Source: Octopus vulgaris (taxonomy: Eukaryota). From it: DNA of 64,000 nucleotides. Position 1 is the stretch's first letter, and every line of letters starts with the position of its first letter. A program made the position numbers and the translations under genes. The notes beneath the pieces are model-generated. The model was not told where the DNA came from and made no database searches. It worked only from the letters and a program-made list of their open reading frames with translations. Shown here piece by piece: positions 12,196 through 23,990 of this stretch. The DNA lies in contig OX597823.1 in NCBI GenBank assembly GCA_951406725.2, forward strand, positions 56,854,001 to 56,918,000. Direction: 5' to 3'.

Positions 12196-13490
12196 TTCTT
12201 TTATATTTGTTTCAGTCATTTGACTGCGGCGATGCTGGAGCACCGCCTTTAGTTGAACAAATCGACCCCCAGGTCTTATTCTTTGTAAGTTTAGTACTTA
12301 TTCTATCGGTTTGTCTCAGATATGTTTGATTAATCGGAAGATAGTAATCAAACATTTGGTTAAATGGCTAACCAATTCTAAAACAAAAATAAGTAGAACC
12401 TTTCCAAAATAAAGCTGATATGTTTCAACACACGAGTTCACATTAAGAATCTTGTAAATCCAAATACAAAAACGAAATAATCCAAAATATTCCTACATTT
12501 TAAAGTTGGTAGTAATGTGAACTGAGCAAAATTTGGGTTCTATTTCTAGCACAGCTATGTTAACTCTCCAGCACTGGTTTATAGTGAAGAAGTAATCTCA
12601 TTTATTACGGTTCTGTTGGGTGTCATTTGAGGGAAATTGGGTTGTCATTTTTAACAAGCCGAGCATCCGTATTGCGACTCCGACGCTGATTCGCGATAAT
12701 TTAACTTTGCACAAAGTGTAACCCACCTCGCCCCCAAAATATTTTATACAAATGATTTGAGGAAGATTTATTTATCATTTGTAGGAAGTCGAGCGATCAT
12801 ATAAAAGGCTCTTTTGTTGTCTCGGGATAACGAGACATTATCTTAAAACAATTAAAAATTTTTGCACAAGGTCAATAATTTTTTATTGACCACGAGGAAA
12901 TGAAAGGTTAGGTCAACGGTCGAGGAATATTCGAAATCAGAACGTTAACAGCCCGAAAAAACCGCCGTGAAGCATTTTGACTGACGTGCTGACGATTCTA
13001 TTTCGTCGCCTTAAGGAGTTATCTTACAGCGAGGGCATATCTTAGCAGGCTGAAATAGAAGGGATATTTGGCTTCTATTTCCTGAGAATAAAGCAGAAGA
13101 CGTAAGTGTTCCTCCTATTGGCTCTTAGTAAAATATAGTATGAGTGTAGTATAAAATAACATGAGACTGGAAAATTTTAAATTCACTATATTTAGTGGAT
13201 TGTAATAGGATGCAACAAATAATTCCAGCGATCTACTTTTGATATATATAGCAGGCTCTTCAAGGTATTCAGACATTCTCTCATAATCAATTAAGTGCTC
13301 TTCTATCAGCCTACTCTGATTGAAGTTGCTAAACTAAATACAACAAAGAAACAATCGAGTGGGGTGTATACAGGAGCGTTCTTACAGTACTAAAAGCAGA
13401 AGTTATATTTACCTCATATCACTCTGTCATCTTAAAAATGGGACGATGCATTAGATAATATAGGCTTATACATACATACGTACGTACGTA
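10768..13490. repeat. Tandem duplication of a ~1.25-kb unit (10768-12020 and 12191-13490) joined by microsatellite
   Basis: Near-identical copies at offset 1423-1467; copy 1 lacks 45 bp present at 12529-12573. Confidence 0.95.
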
Positions 13491-13799
13491 CGTACATACA
13501 TACATACATACATACATACATACACACACATACATACACACACATACATACATATATACATACATACATACATACATGCATACACACATACATACATACA
13601 TACATACACACACACATACATACATACATACATACACACATACATACATACATACATATACATACATACATACATACATACATACACACACATACATACA
13701 TACACACATACATACATACATACATACATACGTACATACATACATACATAGATGCATGCATACAATCCAACCATCCATCCATTCATACAAACATAATAC

Positions 13800-13826
13800 G
13801 TAGATGGAAACTGAAAGAAACCCGCC

Positions 13827-13872
<46 letters not shown>

Positions 13873-13914
13873 ATGTGTGTGTGTGTGTGTTTGTGTGTAT
13901 GTGTGTGTGTGTGG

Positions 13915-13957
<43 letters not shown>

Positions 13958-14172
13958 TGTGTGTGCCAGTGTTTGTCTCTCATCACTGCTTTGCAACCAG
14001 TGTTGGAGTGTTAACGTCTCCGCAACTTAACGGTTCGGCAGAAGTACCGATAGAGCAAGTACGAGGCTTTAAGGAAAGAAGGTACTGGAGTCACTTAAGC
14101 TCGACTTAAACAACCTTTAGGGCGGTGCTCCAGTATGACCGTAGTTTAATGACTGAAACATGTAAAAGATAA
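13800..14172 (+). mobile_element. SINE family D, 3' part with internal microsatellite
   Basis: Matches 16170-16418 and ends GGCGGTGCTCCAGTATGACC...GACTGAAAC. Confidence 0.75.
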
Positions 14173-14228
14173 GTATGTATGTGTGTATGTATGTTAGAAG
14201 CTATGCAAAGACAATAATAATAATAATG

Positions 14229-14274
<46 letters not shown>

Positions 14275-14324
14275 TAACAACAACAATAACAACAACAAGA
14301 ACAACAACAACAACAATAATAATG

Positions 14325-14357
<33 letters not shown>

Positions 14358-14389
14358 TTTTAAAATGACTGAGGTTACTCTTCACAAAG

Positions 14390-14475
<86 letters not shown>

Positions 14476-14791
14476 CTTGGTATAAAAGACGGGCTACAGC
14501 AAATATTCTGCTCAATACCACAGATTTGCTTGTCAGTTGTTTGACCTTAACCAGTTGAGTATGTCCCTTAGTGGCTGACGATATGTGCATCTCTGATCAC
14601 AAGCAGAAGTAGTGAGAGAGCATCATAGCCATGTGTTGAAAGGAACTCTTTGGAGTTTGGATAATTCACCTTTGGAAACATGGGTGTATCGTTCAACATC
14701 CTTAAACAACCCTTATTCAGGGACCTTTTGAGCAGGATGGGTTACTCGACTAGAAGAAAAGACTTTGATGGCATGCACTGCTCTCTCACTC
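14476..14791 (+). mobile_element. Unclassified element embedded in (TAA)n
   Basis: Non-repetitive block with (TAA)n directly on both sides, the same architecture as the Dong-type element at 61392. Confidence 0.4.
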
Positions 14792-14949
14792 AATAATAAT
14801 AATAATAAACTTTACTACTACAGGCACAAGGCCTGAAATTTTTAGGGAAGGGACTAGTCGATTACATCGACCCCAATGTATCACTGATACTTAATTTATC
14901 GACCCCGAAAGCATGAAAGGCAAAAGCGACCTCGAATAGTAAAATAATA

Positions 14950-15155
14950 ATAAACTGTACAAGCATTAACCAGAAGACGTTACTGCAGTGCAGTATGACA
15001 CATTGATTGATGATCGGAAACCAGACATTTTTAGATATTGTCATACTTGGGGAGACATGAGTTGGTGACTGTGTGCTGGGAAAAGTTGAAAAGTGCAAGC
15101 TACTAAAAGACGAAATTGCGCGGATGTGGACAATGAAGCGAATAATAGTCATCCC
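14950..15155 (+). pseudogene. Decayed R4/Dong-type RLE domain fragment
   Basis: Encodes DRKPDI and EKVEKCKLLKDEIARMWTMKRIIVIP, similar to the C-terminus of ORF 62345..63160. Confidence 0.55.
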
Positions 15156-15374
15156 GAAATGATGGAAGGTAATGTCGACCTAGGCGTCATTTGAACTCAG
15201 GACGTAAAGACAGAAGAAATTAGCATTTTGAACGAGACGCTAACGATTCTGTTAGGCTGTCGCATTGATAATTCTTTCTACTAAAGGCACAAAACCTGAA
15301 ATATTTGGGGAGGGAACCATTCGCTTTCATCGACCCCGGTGTTTCACTGGTACTTAATTTATTGGCCTCCGAAA

Positions 15375-15625
15375 AGATTCAGCGTGATACAGAGTGTGAC
15401 AAGGCTGGCCCTTCGAAATACAGATACAGCAGAGACAGGAAGAAAGAGTGTTAGACAGTTGTGGTGCAAGAGTACAGCAGGATTCGCGACCACCCCCTGC
15501 CGGAGCTTCGGGGAGCTTTAGGTGTTTTCGCTCAATAAACACTCACAACGCCCAGCCTGGGAATCAAAACCGCGATCCCACGACCGCGAGTCCGCTGCCC
15601 TAACCACCGGGCCATTGCGCTTCCA
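15375..15625 (-). mobile_element. SINE family B
   Basis: Homologous to 6180-6425. Confidence 0.85.
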
Positions 15626-15635
15626 CATTTATATA

Positions 15636-16019
15636 TCTCTCTCTATATAAACGGCAGTTTGTCTGTGCGTTTTCTGTGTGTCTGTTTTCTCGTACCCTCA
15701 CCCTGACCACGGCTTTCAACCGATTCTGATGAAACTTGACACACACACAGCCCAATGTCATAATTCAAAACTAACGCAGCGAAAATTTTGAAAAGTTCCC
15801 CCAGTTCTGAAAAAAAATCGATAAATTCGACATGGGGTCGAGAATCAGAAACCCAAACCACAGACCGTCTAGAGGACGCAACTCCACCTTTTTTAACTCT
15901 CAAAAAAATTTACCATCATTTTCTTTCCATCTTTTTGCTATTTTTTGGCTATAACTCTCTAAAAATGCTTTATAGTTATTTCCCTTACAAACCTGAGCAA
16001 CGCCGGGCGATACTGCTAG
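15636..16019 (+). mobile_element. Non-autonomous Helitron (~380 bp)
   Basis: A|TC 5' end, subterminal hairpin CCTGAGCAACGCCGGG, CTAG|T 3' end; near-identical to 45906-46283. Confidence 0.85.
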
Positions 16020-16042
16020 TTTATATATAAATATATATCATA

Positions 16043-16418
16043 GGCGCAGGGTTGGCTGTGCGATAAGAAGCCTGCTTCCCAGCCACATGGTTCCAGGTTT
16101 AGTCCCACTGAGCTGCAAGTGTCTTCTACTGTAGCCTTGGGCCAACCAAAACCTTGTGAGTGGATTTAGTAGAGAGAAACTGAAGAACGCCCGTCGTACA
16201 TATAAATATATTATTTCCATGTGTCTATGTCTTTCTATTTGTGTTTGTCCCCGTCATCACAGTGCGATAACCGATGTTGGTGTGTTTATAACTCCGTAAC
16301 CCAGCAGTGCGACCAAAAAGAGCGATAGAATAAATACTAGGCCTTAAGATATCGTGGGGTCAATTTGTTCGACTTGAACTCTTCAAGGCTGTGCTCCGGC
16401 ATGGCCGCAGTCAAAATG
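16043..16418 (+). mobile_element. tRNA-derived SINE family D, near full length
   Basis: A-box-like TGGCTGTGCGA, B-box-like GGTTTAGTCCC, tail CATGGCCGCAGTC; copies or fragments at 9700, 10775, 12198, 35025, 48941, 54133 and 58845. Confidence 0.8.
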
Positions 16419-17150
16419 CACGCGTATGCATGTTTGTATGTGTGTGTGAATACTTTGAGAGAAAAAAGAAAAGGATAGTCATTGCTGGAACTTATTTCAA
16501 CATGTTTTTCGTGAGGGCTGACCTGGAGATACGAAACAACAACAATAACAACTGCAGTTAATGATAATTGCTTAGAACAATATATTAAGATAAAAATTAT
16601 CGTATTCGTGAACGTTTGACATGCAGCCTTTATTTTATATTAAACATATTCTTCCTATCTATTCGTTCGTTTCATATTATTGATCTTCAGTACTTGAGAC
16701 AGTACTTAATATTCATTTCGACTGGCCTATAAAACATCAGCTTGTGCGTTTATAAACAATGTTCTTGTGACTTTTGTATGTGATGTTGGTGTTCTTTTGA
16801 TGTTGTTGTTTTTCGATTTGGCTTTGATTGTTTTGCTTCCATTTCGTTTGCTTGTGTGGACGTTACGAAGCGAATATCCAAATATCTCAAAATGTAACAT
16901 CATTCTCTTTATCTTCTTAAAGATGGTGGCTGATGTGCTGGCCAATGCCGGCCGCCGATACTGAAATTAAAATGATTTCCTTTCGTTACATATATGTGTA
17001 TGCGAATACATTTAATACAAACTTAACACGCAAAAAAAAAAGACAAAACAAAGACAAAAAACAAAACAAACAAAAGCACATCTCGCAATAAATACATTAC
17101 AGACGTTTACAAATATATACACACACATATAAACATCATATACACTCATG

Positions 17151-17257
<107 letters not shown>

Positions 17258-17744
17258 ATGTATGTATGTATGTATATATGTACATAATTTCCTTTTTCAT
17301 CACGAAAATGAATCTATCAGAAAATGGCGGCCAACACGAGGTGTTGCTCTGATTGAATCGTCACGTCTTCGAAATGTCCTGATTAAATCAATATAGCCGG
17401 TGTCTAGTATTATAGATCTACGTGTTCTACCAGTCTCCGGGACTAGATACACGTGTGTATGAATCTATTGAAATATATTAGTGCATGGACTGTTTGATGC
17501 GTTTTCACACGTATCTATGCAAATCTAACTTGAAATACGTCTGTTTAGATCATTTATCTATATATGTCTATTAGCTAGTTGTTTGATTTCTATATTTATG
17601 TGTTTTATCTTATTTATTCATGTATTATTTTCTTCTACGCCGTTGTAGTTCCAATCTTTTTTTCTCTTCTTTTTCTCTCGACATCGCTGTGATTGTTTTT
17701 CCACTTTTGTTTGTTTTTGTTTTCATAAAAACTTTCTTTCGCTC

Positions 17745-17894
17745 TTGTTGTTTGTTGTTGTTGCTACTGCTGGTGCTTGCTGTTGCTGTTTTTGCTGTAG
17801 TAGTAGTAGTTGTTGTTGTTGTTGTTGTTGCTGTTGTTGTTGTTCTTCTTCATTTCTTATTTTAATAATGATGATGATAATAATAATGATAATA

Positions 17895-17928
<34 letters not shown>

Positions 17929-17929
17929 C

Positions 17930-17980
<51 letters not shown>

Positions 17981-18028
17981 AATAATAATAATAATAATAA
18001 TGACAATAATAATCATCATGATGTTCGT

Positions 18029-18088
<60 letters not shown>

Positions 18089-18125
18089 TTTCCTCCTCCC
18101 CACCTGCACCTCGCCTCCTCCGTCT
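17745..18125. repeat. Compound trinucleotide tract (GTT/GCT/GTA/GAT/AAT/CTA)
   Basis: Directly visible; similar tracts at 14210-14475, 31200-31755 and 60930-61075. Confidence 0.95.
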
Positions 18126-19000
18126 TCTACCCCGTCTCTTTCTCCTTCAACTTCAATTACCATGTTCTTTTCCTTTTCTATCTCTTTTTCGTTATGCATA
18201 TTTAGTCTTTATTACTTTTGGTCTATTCCATATTCACGCACGTTTTGCAAATAGTCCTGACAAAGGTAAATGACAGTTTTAAAATATTAGCTTTGTTACG
18301 TACACACACACACACACACGCACACACATACACATACACAAACACAAATATACAAACACGGAGATTAAATTACGCACCCACTCACATACACACCAACACA
18401 CTCACACACACACACACACACACACACGTATTTCTCACATAGACACACATGCAAATGTAAATAGTCAGAGCACCTTGAAACTATATTTGATATCATAACG
18501 TGTCAGAATTGATATCATTGTGAAAATAGATGTTATCATGAAGAAGAATCAATAACGGATCATACGTTTTCTTTACACTCTGTTCGGAAACAAATGCGAA
18601 AATGAAAGTAAACAAAAGAGAAAAAAAAATAGAAATAAAAAAGGATACTAATACATCCGTCAGTCAGAAAGATTATGATAAATCATTTGAAAGATCTAAC
18701 TCACTGCCAGCGCCGTTTAGCAGGCAGCAGCGTGCATTAAGAAGGGAACTATTGGCCCTTGAAAATCTATTTCGCGGATCTTACTATATCCATTTCAGTG
18801 ACATCATTATACATCTTAGGAAGTACTGTTTGTACATATAGTCATTAGTATACACGTATAAGCGAACGTTTAAAGTTTCAAAGATAGAAAGTAGCAGTCC
18901 ACAGCTGGGCGTATATCTCTTCATACATAAGGGATTTTCGGTTTTACCAAACATATTAATGGAAATTTATAAGCCTTAAAATTTCACTCTATAACTTGCC

Positions 19001-19170
19001 TAAGGTGTAGTGAATAAAAGGTGTTGGGTTAATGCAGTGCAGTGATCCAAGGTTCTGAGTTCGATCTCAGGAAAGGTACTAAGGTGAATCACAAGACAAC
19101 TGAAGAAAATTGGAGCATACAAAGCCGAAAAGTAGCGAAAGCAACAATCAAGATGAGGACACCACTCCGA
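19001..19170 (+). mobile_element. Diverged second copy of the hammerhead-bearing SINE
   Basis: B box GAGTTCGATCT, then CAAGACAA-CTGAAGA...AGCC-GAAA...CAAGATGAGGAC, collinear with 10350-10422. Confidence 0.6.
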
Positions 19171-19190
19171 TTAATTAATTAAATTATATA

Positions 19191-19410
19191 TACGAAGGGT
19201 TGCTGAAAAGTTCCTGGTTTTTGTTTAAAAAATACAGGAGGATCAGTTAATTATGATTTTACTCAACATATTCATTTCTTAGATTCACGCACTTATTGCA
19301 GCGGTCCTTCAGTTTTTCTAAGCTCCGTGAAAGAACTCGGAAGGTTGGGCTTCCAACGTAGCCTTTCGCGATGCCCTTAAAAACCAAGAACTTATCAGCA
19401 GTTTCTTGTA
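19191..19410. mobile_element. Mariner-derived MITE
   Basis: TA-flanked imperfect TIRs TACGAAGGGTTGCTGAAAAGTTCCTGG and CCAAGAACTTATCAGCAGTTTCTTGTA. Confidence 0.7.
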
Positions 19411-20009
19411 TATATGAGTATACAGAAATCGAAGTTATGTTTGCGTTATGTTTACGTCCGTATAATTTTTCATGCTTGTGGGCAATTTATTATATGTAAG
19501 AAAATTATAAATGATGTTTCGTACATAAGCTTCTCGTCATTTAAGCAGGTATGATACCCTTCTCAATAAATAAATAAATAGAGCCACAATTAAATTACAA
19601 CAGATAAGAAATATATAGAGAAGTGTTTCGAAACTTAATTAAACATAAATATAATTATTCTAATTACTTAGATTACAGTGTTAGTGAAGCTACATATCAT
19701 TTTGTTGCAGCAATTCTGAACATGCTCGATTGCACATACACGCACACATGCACACTTACACGTACGCACGTACACACACACACACACACAGATACCTTCC
19801 CCCAATATCCTAATATTCATACGCACACACACACACACACACGAGATTCTATGAGAAAATCCACGTGCGGTTTCATGACCTTCAAGAAACAGCACCCATA
19901 CTTCCTGTCTACTACCATTAGAAACGAAAAACAGATTTCGAAAATCTAATTTAATCGAGACACGCTGCTGCAAACAGAGGAACTTGGCAACAACAATAAA
20001 AGCAACAGT

Positions 20010-20087
<78 letters not shown>

Positions 20088-20225
20088 CAGGCATTGAACA
20101 AGGTGTGCCACGAAGTAATAGTTTTTGGGTGGGTTCTCCGTCAGTTTCACGAGGAGGTTTCAGTTTGATCGACTGAATCGCCGACTCTTTAAATTAAGGT
20201 ATATGCAGGCTGAGTATTTCGTGTA

Positions 20226-20734
20226 CCGTAAATCCTCGAGTATAGTCCGCCCTTGAGTATAATACGCAGGGGATTTTTAGGGGGCTGTACCTCTGAAAAA
20301 CGTAAAGATTGTATATAATACGCACCCCTACTCTAACTTGAGTCGTGCGTAATTAAGCCAGCAGCACCTAGTCGAACAAACACTTCCGCACATGCGTAAT
20401 ACAATAGTGGTAATGTTCTTAACTGTTATATGGGAATGTAAATATGTTTGCGAATTGTTTTTGTTACATGTTATTCTGTGTTCTGAATACTTTTATTTTA
20501 ATAAATGTTGCTTACTGCAAGTTATGGGTGATTCTTTTATGACTTCATTGCTTTCAGGCTTAGCTTAAGGTATTTTCGCGCCCGACATCACAAAATGCGT
20601 CTGAATAAACATTGCCGGACTCGAACTTCGCTTAGAAAATATCTTTCATTTTTAGCCTCATATATAGTACGCACTAGGGATTTTGACCTTTAAATTTTGG
20701 AAAGAAAATGCGGATTATACTCGAGGATTTACGG
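20226..20734. mobile_element. pogo/Tigger-type MITE (509 bp) with TA TSD
   Basis: TIRs CCGTAAATCCTCGAGTATAGTCCGC and GCGGATTATACTCGAGGATTTACGG with TA on both sides. Confidence 0.9.
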
Positions 20735-20889
20735 TATTTGTGTACTCTTAATATAATTTTCATGCCTTATCCCCCAATCAGCTTTAGAGAATATGTGACT
20801 AAACTAACACGTATAAAATTACAATCAATTACACGAGTACCCATATAGTTTCAGTCTATTCCCCACGCTCCTTTCATCCACATGGTATA

Positions 20890-21503
20890 GATCTGATTGC
20901 GATTATGTTACATAACAGTTGCCCAAGAGACCCCACAGTGTCAAATTAATAGCGGAGCTTGAGGCGGTTCAGTAGTCCTATACCAGGAAGATTTCATCAA
21001 TGGAACAGCTGAGCTGCTGAGAGAGCCTAAGAGAGCAATGAGTCAACTGCTTCGAGCAAAGACGGGAGAGATATCTAGTGATATATGTATGGAAGATCCT
21101 GGATGGGTTGGCACCAAACTTTGACATCAAGAATTATGCCAGTCCGAAAACTGGACGTCACTGCTCTGTTCCAAATGTTCCAACCATACCGTCTAGAGTG
21201 TGGACCATGTACTGCAATAGCCTGGGATTCAAGAGCCCACTGCTATTTAATACCTTGACAAAACATCTGAGAGCTCTACATAGAGTAGAGGTAGATGTTT
21301 TTAAGAAACAAATTGACCTCCAGATGTCAAAGGTCCCACATAAACCAACACCACAATAAAAAACTCAAAACGGTGCAATAATATCGAACTTTTTCCTTCA
21401 CCAAAAGTCAATCAGAAAAGAATGGCCATTGTAAAGATGATAACGCTGGTGATGCCCCAGCAAGGCCACAGCCGTTGGGCTGAAACACATAAAAGAATAA
21501 AAG
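20890..21503 (+). mobile_element. CR1/L2-group LINE 3' fragment
   Basis: ORF 21078..21359 (IYVWKILDGLAPNF...CNSLGFKSPLLFN) is homologous to 51228..51638; 3' tail CAGCAAGGCCACAGCCGTTGGGCTGAAAC. Confidence 0.8.
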
Positions 21504-21950
21504 TATACTGTACACTGTCATGAATTCTCATAATTGCGAAAGAAATTCCTTAACGATTTAATTATGTCTAAATTTATACCGTAAGAACTATCACAACAGA
21601 AACCATAATTATATTTAAGAATGAGCCACTATAACAACATAAACCAGAACAAAAGCAACAACAAACAAGCCTGACACATGACACACCATCACCTGTACCA
21701 CCCCATTTATACTTCTTTGGTTAGTCTTCTGAAATAATCCATAATATTTATGTGTAAAATCCAAAAAATGTTTCTGTGTAAAATAGATTTTACACAAATA
21801 TTATGGATTATCACAGAAAACTAATCAAGGAAGTATATTTAGATTTAAACACTCTCATACTAAAGTGTGCTTATCAAAATCAAAAGCAGTAATTTTTAAT
21901 TATTAATTTATATTTCAAACAAACACCATTTATAGTATTACTTCAAAATT

Positions 21951-22057
21951 TTAAAAAGACTTCTGAAGAGCAGAAGAGTTGTCTATAAATGCGTATCAAT
22001 ATAGGATTCCATTGTAGGGACAGCACTTCTGTGAAACGATCGTAAGATGCTTTAAAA
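21951..22057 (+). ncRNA. Type I hammerhead motif with intact core and weakened stem I
   Basis: CUGAAGA (21963-69), stem II GCAGAAGAGUUGUC/GACAGCACUUCUGU (13 of 14 pairs), GAAA (22033-36), palindrome ACGAUCGU, GUA triplet. Confidence 0.7.
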
Positions 22058-22239
22058 ACTTTATTCAATACTTTTAAACTGTCATATACATTATGTATTT
22101 ATACTTATACATATTTACATATATTTTTATATATATTTATATTTATATTTTTAATGCAACAATTATTTTACACACGTATATATCTTTCTGAAGAATTTTC
22201 TAATATTGATTTCCTGATATCAATAACAATATATCATAA

Positions 22240-22761
22240 TCTCTTTATATATAAACGGCAGTTTGTCTGTCTGTGTGTCTGTGTGTCTGTCAGGTTGTAC
22301 CCTCACCCTGACCATAGCTTTCAACCGATTCTGATGAAACTTGACACACACATAGCCCAATGTCATAATTCAAAACTAACGCAGCGAAAATTTTGAAAAG
22401 TTCCCCCAGTTCTCAAAAAATCGATAAATTCGACATGAGGGTCGAGAATCTAAGCTTTTTATTTGCAACACATTTTCTGTTGTAGTTTTCGCAACTTGCA
22501 ATCGATTTTCACTAAACTGATGGTGAAGCTTAATGTTACCCTAAGAAACTTAATTCTGACATTAGTTTTCCATGCAATACCTTACCATCAGAAAAAAATG
22601 ATAAAATCATGCCATTTTGGGAAATCGCGTTCAAATTCAAGATGACATATTTTCGACAATATCTTTCTCAAATTGGCAGGAATTTTTTAAAAATTCACAG
22701 CGAGCATCATGTCTGTTCCAGGGGCTCTTACATACCCGGGCAATGCCGGGCTATGCTGCTA

Positions 22762-22762
<1 letters not shown>
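22240..22762 (+). mobile_element. Non-autonomous Helitron sharing its 5' ~210 bp with the 15636 family but with a different 3' half
   Basis: A|TC start, hairpin CCCGGGCAATGCCGGG, CTAG|T end. Confidence 0.8.
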
Positions 22763-22798
<36 letters not shown>

Positions 22799-23543
22799 TT
22801 TACATAAATAAATAACGTGAAATACACGAAGGGACGAACATAAGAGACAGACGGGCCATTCAAAGCCTTCGTTCTTCAGTCAGAAACCGATTCCTCATCG
22901 CAGATTTCGGCTGTTTAATTCTGAGATCCGCTCTGAATCGGCCAGCCACAGAAGGAAAGAATGCAACGCAACAGAGACGAACATGAAACGAAAAAAACTT
23001 TTTTGAAGACAATATATATATATATATATATATAATCAGGCAGGGAAACTGGCCTTCTAAGTCCATGGCTCGGGAAACACTTTTGATTCATTTTTTATAT
23101 ACATATATATATACAACTAAATACTAAGACTTGAATCTTGCTACATTGTCTAAGATAATAAGTCAACTCAAATAAGAGCTGAGTAGTGTCTAAATAACAT
23201 CACGATGAAGAAAAACAAAAGGTGAAGAAGAAAGAGCAAACAACAATAACTAGAATACCTAACATCTGACTACTGATGTTTAAAAGAAATGCTCATAGTT
23301 TCGATATACTAGTAACCTTTGAGAGACGCTCTTTGACAGATGTTGTTTCCTTGATGTAAATTGTTAATCAAAGCTAATTTGATTGTCAACTAAGATATCT
23401 CTGCTGTCAACAGCAACACATCAATAAATGTTAGACTCATTAAGAAAGGATATTTCTGGAATTTAGGAAATTGATTAGAAATTTCACTCACAACTGGACT
23501 AATTAGAGTTTCACTCGGGTTGTCCAAATGTCTCGTATATTTA

Positions 23544-23585
<42 letters not shown>

Positions 23586-23669
23586 CATATACACACATAT
23601 GTGTACATATATATATATGTATGTATATGTTTATATATATATGTGTGTATGCATGTATATATATATATG

Positions 23670-23763
<94 letters not shown>

Positions 23764-23940
23764 ACACGATCACAGATATAGATTTAGTATAGGTCACTTC
23801 CGAAGTTCATCCGTTGAAAACACCTGGCTACGGCTGTCATGTACAAGATGCTGATAATGATGATGATGCTCACGACAATAATGAATCCACCATTGCCGCC
23901 GCCTACTATTCTCTATTCTATATAGCAATAACAATAACAG

Positions 23941-23990
<50 letters not shown>

